This document shows, piece after piece, positions 1 through 11,987 of a DNA stretch of 64,000 bases. This DNA comes from Haliotis cracherodii (Eukaryota): assembly GCF_022045235.1 (NCBI RefSeq), contig NW_027266286.1, positions 67,022,001 through 67,086,000 on the forward strand. The letters run 5' to 3'. The stretch's first letter is position 1, and each line of letters starts with the position of its first letter. The notes beneath the pieces were generated by a model. It did not search any database. It was not told the DNA's origin and was given only the letters and a program-made list of their open reading frames with translations. A program made the translations under genes and the position numbers.

Positions 1-76
1 CACTACTCCGACCAACCACCCGCCCATGGTTTCAGATTGTCAAAGGGAGGTAACCCTTGTTTGTGTTGTGTTTCAG

Positions 77-142
77 GCACTGGAGACAGCGTACAGAATG
101 GCCAAATTCAGGGGCCTCATCAAGCCAGTCGTACATGGAGAG
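77..142 (+). CDS. TMEM135: Internal coding exon of transmembrane protein 135 (phase 0/0, 22 aa ALETAYRMAKFRGLIKPVVHGE)
   Basis: Acceptor ttgtgttgtgtttcAG (AG 75-76) and donor GTAGGT (143-148). The peptide aligns ungapped with recalled human TMEM135 [22 protein letters not shown] (same 22-aa length; A-x-E-T, R-M, R-G, G-E conserved). Confidence 0.88.
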
Positions 143-312
143 GTAGGTGTTGCGGGGCTTCCACAAGTGGATTTCAATTAAAGAAAAAAATTAATAAAAC
201 ACAAAATTGAAGAAATCATCAGTGTTTGCAGGTACATTGGAGAGGAACGACATTCACTCACTCACTTATTTGGAGGACATATTTATGTCACAAACATGCC
301 TTGGAACATGAT

Positions 313-565
313 ATCTAGACTTACATCTAGTCTCTGAAATGAAAATTTGTTACAGAACAGTTGTTAAATTATGTTTTAAAATAAGAATAAAAAAGAGCCC
401 ACAGACTTCATTTTCAGAAGCAGTAATCTAGACTTGCCAACTGTAGTACTCAACATTTGCTAAGGACCAAAATGGTCATTAGTCAAAGGTGTGGTTCTTA
501 GCAAATTTGAGTTGTGTATTATAGACTTACTGTATTGGATATATTGGTTTCGGGTCTGTATGACA
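313..565 (+). mobile_element. Left half of Kolobok-like MITE (same family as 20097-20484)
   Basis: tagacttacatctagtctctgaaatg...gcagtaatctagacttgccaa...gtatgaca aligns with 20100-20270. Confidence 0.65.
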
Positions 566-587
566 ACAGGACATCACATATACTTGC

Positions 588-1004
588 TGTGGCAAGGGCG
601 AGTCCAAATTAACTACCGAGTAACCGACCCCCTATTACCGACCCTACCCGGGTAACCGCTGTAGATCACAAGACTTGGGTACGAAACCTAAGATTGGGAT
701 TTGTTTACAGCAGTGCGGCAAAAACTATTTAGATACATTTATCAAACGATCAGATCATGTGTACACTGAAGTTGACTGAATCTTTACCTGTACTCAAATA
801 TATACAAGTCAAAAGGAATGTGTGCATCATCAGAAAGAAATGGGAACATTAGTGACTTGTAGTGTAACTGCTGATGTATAGTAAATTTTTGTCATTAAGC
901 AATATATAATGTGACTAACCATGGGTCCAGGTAGTTATGTGGGTATCCCGGTCCTACTCAGGACCAACCCGACCCGAGTACCCGAGTTACCCGTCCCAGT
1001 CCTA
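588..1004. mobile_element. hAT-like MITE
   Basis: Degenerate TIRs (tgtggcaagggcgagt / acccgtcccagtccta, i.e. TAGGRCTGGGACG type). 8-bp TSD atacttgc (580-587) / gtacctgc (1005-1012), 6/8 match. Second copy inverted at 29931-30305. Confidence 0.75.
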
Positions 1005-1045
1005 GTACCTGCCATATTAACAACATTTCCTCACATGTCTCACAG

Positions 1046-1299
1046 ACCCGTGAAGATCCAGGGTAGAATAGGTCTTCAGCAACCCATTCTTGCCATGAAA
1101 GGCAACTAACGGTATTGGGTGGTCAGGCTCTCTCTGACTTGATTGATGCGTGTCATCGTATCCCAATTGCATTTATCGATGCTCATGATGTCAATCACTG
1201 GATTGTCTGGTCCGGACTTGATTATTTAAAGACCGCCGTCATATAGCTGTAATATTGCTGAGTGTGGCGTTAAACAACAAACAAACAAAAAACAACAAA
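1046..1299 (+). mobile_element. SINE-like family B, full length (single hairpin unit)
   Basis: acccgtgaagatcc...gcgttaaacaacaaac; TSD acat(g/a)tctcac. Confidence 0.9.
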
Positions 1300-1907
1300 A
1301 CATATCTCACTGACCCGGATTATTTGGTTTATTTTTCAAAATGGTACGTCTATTTCATAAATACTTTTCAGTTACTTTTGCTGGAATCTTCCCAGGATAT
1401 GAATCATCTGGTTGACACATATTTTTTCTGATATTTACAGGAATGCCTTAAGAAAATCCCTTCCAAAGATGTAATCTATAAAAATGATCTTCCATTAAGT
1501 CACTGTTACAAAAATTGTGGTTGAAGAAAGATGTGTTGATTTAGAGCAGCTGAACCTGTGTCGGGGAACATGAAGTGATACAGATGTCTCCGTGATGCGA
1601 TGCCCCTCTCGGAGTGAAGCTGTCCGTATAAGAAAGCAGCCTCAGCACCTTTACTATAGAGTACCCCATTCAATTTAATCAAAGCCATTATCTAACTGTA
1701 TGTTAGTCTGAGCATCTAGCCTGTGTCACAGTCCCTTAACCATATTATTTTCCCTACCTTATTGAAGTGCTGCAGCTCTAAATGAAACAAGTCTAGATTT
1801 TCGCGTCTTGCATCTCGCATCTCACAGGGGCTCCTTGTGTATGGGGCTTGAATCAATATATGTTTTTGATATCTAACAAATCCTATTCCGGATCCTCTTA
1901 TACTATG

Positions 1908-1980
1908 CCTCATTTCTGGTGTCCCCCACCGTGATATTGCTGGAATATTGCGAAATGCGGCTAAAACCATCCTCACTCAC
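1908..1980 (+). mobile_element. SINE family A, 5'-truncated
   Basis: 3' half plus (tcac)n tail; perfect 12-bp TSD tcttatactatg (1896-1907 / 1981-1992). Confidence 0.88.
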
Positions 1981-2848
1981 TCTTATACTATGACTAGAGA
2001 AACAAACAGTTTTAGTCCACTAGTTCTTGTCGTAACATGTAATGAAACCGTTAAAACTGGAAAATATCTACTAGTCCTTACCATACTTTAAGTTTTGGGC
2101 AGTTTGGCAAGGACTATAGAACTAGTACCTGTAGCTAACACTGCCTTAGTTATCAGCCTTAGATATCATTTTCTGCTTATTGTTTTTTTCAGATATGATA
2201 ATTTATTATAGAATTCAGTGTGAAAGGCTGAGTTTTCCGATGTTGAGAAAAGTGAAAGCAACACTTGATATTTCACTGCAGTGAACATAACACTTTGACG
2301 GAACTATTGTCATACAAGAGTTACCTCCCCGCAAATTGTCTCCCTTTATCGTAAATGTCTATCCTGTACACAAACTGTTGTCTTTCTTTTAGTTTAGTTC
2401 CATATTGACATGGCAGAATAGTTGCTGATGGTCATTTATGGCGTGTTATTATCCTCTTGAAAATGTTTCATTATGAACTGTAAATTTCTCATTTAACTTG
2501 TCAATCGAGACTGTTTCGCAAAATGGCAATTTTGTTACTTGACCAGCATGTATTCTTTTGCTTCTAACAGCTGACTCATAGATTTCAAGAATATTATTTA
2601 TTTAAGTTGATTTTGTATCTAAAAATATCCAAATGTTTGATAAAGAATTTCCGTGACCCTCAATACATTTTTTTACTTTTCTTCATATTTTTTCAGATTT
2701 TATAAACAGGGAACTACTTTTTAAGTGGCAATTACAAGGGGTGGTGAAACGTCCCTGGGTGTTAGGTGGGGAGAATTTACATTTCAAGGTTTTACATTTG
2801 TAATGAAATGATTTATTTTCCGGAAGACAGCTACACAAAAAGTATATT

Positions 2849-3020
2849 ATGAATAGGATATTCCATGTGTCTTGTGAAATATTATGTTTCTCTCATCTCG
2901 TGACAGGAAAGAAGATATCTGAACTCATGGCTACACCACTCATGAAAATGTCTCCTTTCTACCCGTCACTCGATGAGAGAAACATGATATTTCACTCGAC
3001 ACATGAAATATCCTCTCCAT
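2849..3020. mobile_element. Palindromic MITE (unclassified, AGGATAT-type termini)
   Basis: ~55-bp imperfect inverted arms: ggatattccatgtgtc..gtgaaatattatgtttctctcatc / gatgagagaaacatgatatttcac..gacacatgaaatatcc. Confidence 0.75.
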
Positions 3021-4613
3021 AGAGTTTTTCCTATATTGATTAGAAATCTTGTACTTCTTGTATGAAATGCAGCAAAAATATAATATAAAGTGTAAATAAC
3101 ACTAAATCAGTGTTTTAACCACGTCAGTTTTTAGCTCACTTCATCCAGTGCTGTTTGTTTTGTTTGTGGCGTTAAAGTTGTACAACTCTGAAAATGTAAA
3201 CTGTTGACTGTGCAGAATTTTTTATAGGTGATTCTAATTGCGTCTCTAGAATGTGCTCATAAAATCTTGAATTGATTATCATTGTAGCAATAATGGCATC
3301 TTCATCGTCATTTTTTTTGGTTATAATTTAATATGAAGTTTCATTTGGCTGTTGGCATACTTCTTGATTTACTTCCAATGAGCCAGATAAATTGAGATGT
3401 ACCTGCGATGTAGACTGGTCAACATTTGCAGATGATTATAGGAAATTGCCCAAGAGTCTGTGAGAGAGATACACTTTTGCCTGGGGTACACGATTCTAGT
3501 TCCACTGATGCACAGTATTCCATTTGATATTTTGAAATTGACTTTTGTAGTGGAAGTAGATAAACAGACCAATTGACATTTACCAAACAAGAGAATGGCA
3601 GAGAAATATAAAAAAACGGTTTTCTTTAGATTGCAAATTTATTAAATAAATAGTTTATACTTCTGAAATTCCCATTTATTTGAACTTTACATACAAGACT
3701 TGAGGAAGTTCTGAAGAACGGCTAATTACCCTGACATTTGTGGAATATGGCAAGGATAGTGATTACCACACAGATGGGTTGTCTTGCCGGCTAATTACTG
3801 GGAATATATTGTCCTCATAAAGTTGTAATGACGCGCTCACTCATCACGGAAATGTCAGGTTCCCGTACAGATGTGGCTGGAGTGTGCTAGGCTGCCTAAT
3901 TAATCAGCTGGCCACAAGCCTCATTTGCCACAATCATCATCTCCTCTTGAAAAAAGCCTTAAAGATGTTTTACCGGTCTCCCAACATTGACAATGAAGGG
4001 ACGTCTCCATTCACGACAGGATGGCAATCTATTAACAAGATCATGTGGTCACAAACGGATGTAGCTTACACGTGGACTTTCTCTCAAGTACATGGAGATA
4101 TATACTACTGAAAAAAAGTTAGGCACCACCTGATAAACTGTAGATATATGAGAGAATCGGATGGCCCATTTTTGTTTTGCAGTACATAAATGAGTGTGGA
4201 TTTGCCTATTGGTGTTTTCACATCTTAACTGATTATGTCCATAATAATTATCATTCGTTGACTTAATAGGGTAGTCATTTACTTATCATATTATTGTTCC
4301 ATACTGATTTTATTTTTTTTAGAAGCCTATGTTTTATCAAGAATTGTTTTCTATAGATAATTCATTTTCTAAATTATTGAAATATGTTGTACCTGGCAAT
4401 ATGTGTTGCACCTGAAAAAAATAATGTTCAATTTTTTTAGATTAGTGGAGTCTGTGTATTTGATGTATTTATGAGTAGAGATGAAAACATTCACACATTC
4501 TCAAAGCAAATTTCATTACCTTGGTAATATATATCTATTGTTCAATGCCTACTATAGACAATAAGGACAATATTAAATATACCGCATTTGTCGTATTAAG
4601 CACCCTGACCAAC

Positions 4614-4777
4614 GGGGACGGTCGCATAGCCTAGTGGTTAAAGCGTTCGCTCGTCACGCCGAAGACCCAGGTTCGATTGCAGACATGGGTACAATGTGTG
4701 AAGCCAATTTCTGGTGTCCCCCACCGTGATATTGCTGGAATATTGCCAAAAGCGGCGTAAAACTGTACTCACTCACT
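4614..4777 (+). mobile_element. SINE family A (tRNA-Asp(GTC)-like head)
   Basis: A box tagcctagtgg, B box ggttcgatt, tcgtcacg anticodon loop, (tcac)n tail; 10-bp TSD cctgaccaac. Confidence 0.93.
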
Positions 4778-4819
4778 CCTGACCAACTTCTTGCCCTGTC
4801 TGTAAGTGATCTTTAAGAA

Positions 4820-5015
4820 CACCCATTGCTGAGACCAAAAACGTTACATGACAGTCAATATTTTCTTGTGTATGTTATAGATTTTTTAACACAAACCGCA
4901 CTGCAGAAGGTGTGTATAACTGCCTTGTAACTATTATCGCAAAAGTTTTTGTTTCATCGACGTTGAACTACATTAGCTCACAACTGCTTCGTCCCTGAAA
5001 CAAATTTAACTTGTG
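4820..5015 (+). repeat. Unclassified dispersed repeat, homologous to 38795-38970
   Basis: Shared tgacagtc...tgcagaaggtgt...tgccttgtaacta...ctgaaa..aaattt.acttg. Confidence 0.6.
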
Positions 5016-5312
5016 TTTGTTTTTTATATTCAGTTAGACAATAGGTTGACAGAAAAGTACTTACTCTTCAATATTCTCCGGGGCAAGAAAATCTGAAACT
5101 GTTGGCACTAATTGGTAGTGGTATTTTATTGTTAGCCATACTTTGATAGGCAGCTGAAATCGTGTTGCAGATATTTCAGTGTGGTGCTTACGGCAGTGTC
5201 TCCTCTAGTACTAGGTACTTAGTATTATGTAGATTGTAATGGGAGCAACTGAAATGGTCAGTTCAAATGTCAACGTGGTGTTGTTCTCATGTTGTGTTGT
5301 TTCAAATAAAGA

Positions 5313-5569
5313 GGGGGCTCGGGTGCTCAGTCGTCTAAGGCGCCGCTATTCGCTGTGCAGAGTTGCGTCCCTGGGGCATGCCGGAAACCTATGATTGTGG
5401 GTTTGAATCCCGATTCGCCCTGATTATGTTTCTGTGTGTTTCACCGAAGTGGTAAACATCTGAGACCAGCATCACTTCGGGCTTTCCTCCTACATTAAGC
5501 TGACACTCGTGATATAACTGGAATACTGTTAAAAACGTCACTCACTCACTCACTCACTCACTCACTCAC
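5313..5569 (+). mobile_element. SINE family C (elongated tRNA-Leu-like head, V-domain-like 3' body)
   Basis: gtctaaggcgcc...gtgggtttgaatccc, ctttcctcc, shared tail, (tcac)n; 11-bp TSD tcaaataaaga. Confidence 0.9.
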
Positions 5570-5910
5570 TCAAATAAAGATAGATTCTGAGAAGGAAACC
5601 AACCCATTGTAAAGACTTAAAAATGAACCTGATAAATAGAATAAACAAATGTTATTTTTTAGGTAAAAGACTGGATCTTTTGTAGAGGTTATCCAAATAA
5701 ATATGTATGTCTGTAGAGGAATATGTATAACACTCATGAATAAAGTTATTTTGGTAAACAATCTGCATTTTAATATATTTGTTAACTATCTAATTACTCA
5801 CTTCATGAATTTAGATTTCTTTGGATCAACCTGTTTGTGTTTGGGGAGCACCATGGATCCCATGTACCCAGTGTCAGTGATAAACATTTACACTGATCTG
5901 TTGCCTTCAG

Positions 5911-6078
5911 AGGGGCGGTCGGGTAGCCTAGTGGTTAAAGCGTTCTCTTGTCACGCCGAAGACCCGGGTTCGATTCCAGACATGGGTACAATGTGTGAAG
6001 CCCATTTCTGGTGTGCCCCGCTGTGATATTGCTGGAATATTGCTAAAAGCGGCGTAAAACCATACTCACCCACCCCTA
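5911..6078 (+). mobile_element. SINE family A
   Basis: Near-consensus; 10-bp TSD ttgccttcag. Confidence 0.93.
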
Positions 6079-6587
6079 TTGCCTTCAGCTGATACTGTGT
6101 CATAGGGTTCATAGTAGACAAAGAAGCTATGTGTTAAGTAACCTTACTTGTTGTATGCATTATATGCACCCATAGACACCTGTATGTGTCCACAGTGGTG
6201 ATAACACTGCTGACAAAAGACTTGCACAAGACTCTAATGCAATAAATATTAGTTTTATTATAATAAGAACAAGTTGTCCCTACAAGAGACTCGAGTCCCA
6301 CTGTCCACATATCTAGACTTGCTTATGAGGAGAATAGTATTACTACACATCCATGGACTTTTCTTGCAGTACAGCCTTGGAGCAAGGCTATGCTGACTGT
6401 GAAATACTTCTGATATCACCCTACCGATTTTGTTTACATCCGGGAATAGCATGACCACTAATGTTACCATATTGACGTCTATGTCTGGTGACGAGGAGGA
6501 CCATCTCTCAACATTGACTGTGACATTCCTCTGATATCACCCCTACTCATTTTGTTTATATCCAGGAGGATCCCCGATGTACTTTTT

Positions 6588-6830
6588 TGGTTTGTTTGTT
6601 TGTTGTTTAATGCCACACTCAGACAATTGACGGCGGTCTGTAAATAATCGAGTCTGGACTAGACAAAACAGTGATTGACGTCATGAGCATTGATCAACAC
6701 AATTTGGATATGATGACATGCATCAACCAAGTCAGCGAACACCCGATCCCTTAAGTCGCCTCTTACGACAAGCATAGTCGCCTTTTATGAAAAGCATGGA
6801 TTACTGAAGACCCCGGAATCTTCACAGGTC
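6588..6830 (-). mobile_element. SINE-like family B
   Basis: Reverse complement of the family B consensus; TSD gatgtact. Confidence 0.88.
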
Positions 6831-8631
6831 AGATGTACTCTTTCCCACAGTCAGTACATCTTCCCAATGGCAAGGGAGATAACTGACTATAAAAGTCCAG
6901 TTTCCAAACTTGGCGAACAAGGCAGGAATTATGGAGTTCTATTTTGGCTGGACTAACGAGTCTATGCATAGTCCAATCAAAATCGTGCACCAAAATCAAA
7001 ATCCGGTTAGTAAACTGTCATGCAGATTTCTGTCGATTGCAGGATTTGCAAAGCATGTGCACCGCCAACTTGTTGTCAACAGATAATTTCCAAATCTTTT
7101 CATGTTTCTAATCAAGGTGCTCACTTGATTTGATGCACTTTGTGATGTAAGACCCTTTTTATCACAATATAGATCTTGATTATCGATCAGATCGTTTTGA
7201 CTAGGCTGCCGTTTTGTTTGAAACAAATGCAAGTGATATGAGAGGTGGAATCTTATTGGTAGATAGGAGAGGCTTAAAAGGGACATAACTCGTAATAACC
7301 GTTGGTGGCGCTACGATCGAGTCCAGGAATTCAAGCCTAGTTTGGCAAGGGTGGAAACTGGACTTTTAAAGTCAGTTAACTCCTTGTCTCGGGAAGATTC
7401 TGTCGGTAGTGAACGTGACATTCCTCTGGTACAACTCCTACTGACTTTTCTCGTACACTCAGAAATTATGAGAAGTTTACTTTCTTCATCCCAACCAAAA
7501 GTGTCGGAACTGCTTACAGATGCGCGAGACATCAAGCATGATTAGGCAGGTCAATACAGTATTTTATTTCCCATCTGCTGTGAGGAAACTATGTTGGGTC
7601 TATCATATTTATGACATGTGTCTAATGGATACAAATTTGAAACCTCAGGCGCTAAAGGTCTATAACGTACACATGCACACAAATCTAACACAGAACTTTT
7701 AACTTTGAGGAGAGACAAGAGAAGCTTTCCTGCCCATAAACTTACATTTAGGTTTATGGCTGCTGGAGGTGATCTCTGTGGTCCCGGCCATAATGTACCT
7801 CCAGTCTTCTCGGAGTCGTGGCGAGAACCATGGGGCATTGAAACTTATTTAGTCGTCATTGGCATGATTTACAGGTGCACTTTTCTACTTTAGACATTCT
7901 AACATTTTAAATCTCATAGTTTCTGAGGAAGTGCGTCTACTTGTAGCTTCTGAGTAGGTGGTATGGGCACAGGATTGTGCCAGTTACCTCCCCTGACAAA
8001 CCTGTTTTATTGGCCATTTAATGTTTCAGTGCTAACACTGGACCAGATCAAAGGTAGTTAAGTAACATTTTTCTAAACATTTGTTTTATCTGATGCCTGT
8101 TGCTTCAAGTGGTTTACAGAAGTGACAGGGAAAGTGTCGATATTTTGAACAAATTTAATAACAAAGTCTACAGATTATATGCAAAGGCGCAGTTGTCAGA
8201 GTGTGGCTTAAATACACACAGATTAAATAACATTGTCGTGGAAGGTCCCTCTCCTAAACATGGTTAAAGCTGCTAATTTAAAGTTTCAGAGTTGGTTGAA
8301 AGTGGTTGAACACACCTCGTGGTAATGAACATTGAGAGGGTTCATGTACGTCCATTCGTCCTTTATGAATGTATCTGACTTCTCTATACCAGTCTTGGTG
8401 ATCATTTGACAGTGATGCCTGACCTTTGTATTGCAATTATTGCAGTGATGAGCCATGTATTGCGATATGTACCACAATATGCTTACTGTAATTTGTTCTG
8501 AACCTAAATAAAAAAGAACATTCCACGTATATTTTTTACAACTTCGTATTTTGTTGGATGTTGCTATGGTCACAGTGGAGGCGTAATCGACACATTAAAT
8601 ACAAGAAACTGGTCGCAAAATGTTTCGCTTT

Positions 8632-8868
8632 TTTTATTCCAGCTATATGACGGGGGTCTGTAAATAATCGAGTCTGGACCAGACAATCCAGTGATTGATA
8701 TCATGAGAATTATTATCATTCCACGCAATTGGGATCGATGACATGCTTCAACCAAGTCAGCGAGCCTGACCACCCGATCCCGTTAGTCGCCTCTTATGAC
8801 ATGCATAGTCGCCTTTTACGGTTAGCATGGGTTGCTGAAGACCTATTCTACCCCGGATCTTTACAGGT
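8632..8868 (-). mobile_element. SINE-like family B (3' tail eroded)
   Basis: Reverse-complement match including intact head (gaagacctattctaccccggatct). Confidence 0.88.
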
Positions 8869-9049
8869 CCCAGCAAGGTGAAGAAGTATTATTTTGATAA
8901 ACGCAATATTCCAGTATTTTCTAAACATATTGTGATACGTATTCATTAGAACTTCATACCGTGGTATACCCAGTATAATGATAATTCAGTGCACCTCTAA
9001 CATTAGATATTCAGATTTCAGTCTCACATGACCTTGTGCGTGAATGATA

Positions 9050-10010
9050 GAGGTGATAGACCACCCTGTGTCTGAACAATAGGTGATATACCATTCTGTG
9101 GGTAGGAACAATAAGTGATATACCATCCTGTGTCTGACCAAGACAGGTGATATACCAAATGTGGGTCTGAACAATAAGTGATATACCATCCTGTGTCTGA
9201 CCAAGACAGATGATATACCAAATGTGGGTCTGAACAATAAGTGATAGACCACCCTGTGTCTGAACAATAGGTGATATACCACTCTGTGGGTAGGAACAAT
9301 AAGTGATATACCATCCTGTGTCTGAACAATAGGTGATATACCACCCTGTGGGTCTGAACAATAAGTGATGTACCATCCTGTGTCTGAACAATAGGTGATA
9401 TACCACCCTGTGGGTCTGAACAATAAGTGATATACCATCCTGTGTCTGAACAATAGGTGATATACCATTCTGTGTCTGAACAATAGGGGATATACCATCC
9501 GTGGGTCTGAACAATAAGTGATATACCATCCTGTGTCTGAACAATAGGTGATATACCAATATCTGTGGGTCTGAACAGTACAGGTGATATACCATCATGT
9601 GTGTCTGAACAATAGGTGATATACCATCTGTGGGTCTGAACAATAGGTGATCTACATTCCTGTGGGTCTGAACAGTTCAGGTGATATACCATCCTGTGTC
9701 TGAACAATAGGTGATATACCATCCTGTGTCTGAACAATAGGTGATATACCATCTGTGGGTCTGAACAATAGTTGATATACCATCCTGTGTGTCTGAACAA
9801 TACAAGTGATATCCTACCCTGTGGGTCTGAACAATACAAGTGATATACCAGATGTCGGTCTGAACAATACAGGTGATATACCAGATATGGGTCTGAACAA
9901 TACAGGTGATATACCAGATATGGGTCTGAACAATACAGGAGATTTACCACCCTTCGTGGCCTGAACATCACTGCTGATATCCTACCCTGTGGGTCCGAAC
10001 AATGCAGGTA
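9050..10010. repeat. Minisatellite, ~30-32-bp unit TCTGAACAATAGGTGATATACCATCCTGTG(GG), ~30 copies
   Basis: Direct tandem repetition with frequent indels; source of the ORFs at 8986-10061. Confidence 0.95.
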
Positions 10011-11822
10011 ATAAACACATTGCTGCAGGATTCCCACATGTCCCTGAACCCACTCTCTCACAGTCTGACAAAGATGTATAAGTTGCGTTCTTTACCAATT
10101 TTTCTTCCTTGAGAAAACAGGAAAGTGAAATGGTTTGTGTGACACATTCTGTGTAATCCCAGCCAACGTCATGTTCAGGAGGAAAGCACATATATCACAC
10201 ATAAGCTATCACTCTCCCTGTGTAATCCTTTAAACAAAATGTGGGAACGATGTTCATTTTGTCATAGGTCATGGAAGGAACATCTCAAAGAGATGTAAAG
10301 AATTTCAAAACATAGCTACAATTTTAAATATAAATCTCCTGAACCTTTTTAACTGACATAGCTTTAGAGATGGTGATTGCTTCAATTTCTTTTTGTAAAT
10401 TCTCTGTGTGTAAGTTTTGAAGATGAGAAGTGAAAGAAGTGTTGTAAAGTTTTAACCATGTACACTGAGTAGGTTAAAGAGTGTGGGTACTACAAGCCAG
10501 AATCTCCCAGCAAACGCAGCACACAACCCGCGGGACGTGACTCTTCAGGCATATTTCTGTAACGGCTCCTAATTAACACACGAGAAATTTCACAATGTAT
10601 ATTAAACACAACTTTTACGTATTGAGCCAGTGTTTATCTTACAACATAGTTTGCAATATTGGATTGGGGGAATTTAATCTACAAGGCAATTTGTTCTCTC
10701 ATTTCTGTAATGGTGTTTTGGTCTTTGGCGTTGAGCTGAGCCTTGACTTCACGTCCAGCCGGAAGTGTGTTTCGTGGGGCTTCACATGTAATTACACCAG
10801 TTCAAAGACTCTGAAAGCATGCTTTTCTTCCACTATCTGTTCAGTAAGTGGGGGAAATGTAATTCCAACAGGCCTTGCATTACCCTCTAAAACACGTTAT
10901 GGATACCCTTTAAGATACAACATCCTATAATGGTCGTTGCACACACAGATTTTCTGCTTTGTATCACAAAGTAAACGCCATTATTTGCCTTCTGTTTGTT
11001 CTAGTCCATGTTATCATGCATGGATGCTTAGTGATTTTCAATATCATCTTTCTTTTACTGAAGTTTTACTGTCAGATTAGTTTCAATGGTAAACACATAA
11101 AACTTTAATGCATCATTGTTAGAATTTTATGTCGTTTAAAATGTTTTTATTGATAATGTTTATGTTGGACGTAAACATGATAAATATGCTGTTATTGCAT
11201 TGCAATAATTGCTTGTAGATTATGTGTATGATTGAACTCATTATGATTGAAGGATTATGTAAACAAGGAGGTCGTATGGTTAATTGCAGTATTTCATGGT
11301 TTGAAATAAAAGCTTTTAGTTGGATGATATGGGTCGTATCCTACTGGGTACACGTGAGCCCCGCACACATACTTCTGGCAAGCCAACCACAGCCTCCCCC
11401 ACATCTTGTTTTACACAAAGTAATGGATCAACCACACTGCTTTGTTCTCCGATTGTTATCCAGTAATATTTATTGGCTGCTAGGACCTGCAATTGTTTTT
11501 CTAACACATACAAAACTTGGAATATGCTCACTCTAAAAATAATTTATCAGACCAGACCAATTTTTTATTATTTTTTTTCACCTAACTTTTTGCAAATAAT
11601 GTATAAATAAATGTTATGTTTGAATGGTTTTTTATTTTTTTGTAATGTTTCTGTGTATACTTATAGTTAAAACTACCCTTGATTCAGCCCTGGCCACATT
11701 TCTTTCTTTTTCTATGCTGACTAAGAAAATCTGGGGAACAAGACATTATATTGGTCTGGACACATTAATAATCATTATTGTCTCAAATGATGTGAACCCA
11801 GCATGTTGTCTGGTGTATTAAA

Positions 11823-11987
11823 GGGTGGTTGGGTAGCCTAGTGGTTAAAGCATTGGCATGTCACGTCGAAGCCTCGGGTTCGATTCACTACATGGGTACA
11901 ATGTGTGAAGCCCATTTTCCGGTGTCCCCCGCCGTGATATTGCTGGAATATTGCTAAAAGCGGTGTAAAACCATACTCACTCACTCG
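11823..11987 (+). mobile_element. SINE family A
   Basis: Consensus match; TSD ctg(g/a)tgtattaaa. Confidence 0.92.

Noticed and set aside
8986-10061. 170-345-aa ORFs
   Set aside because: Three overlapping frames of an indel-rich minisatellite.
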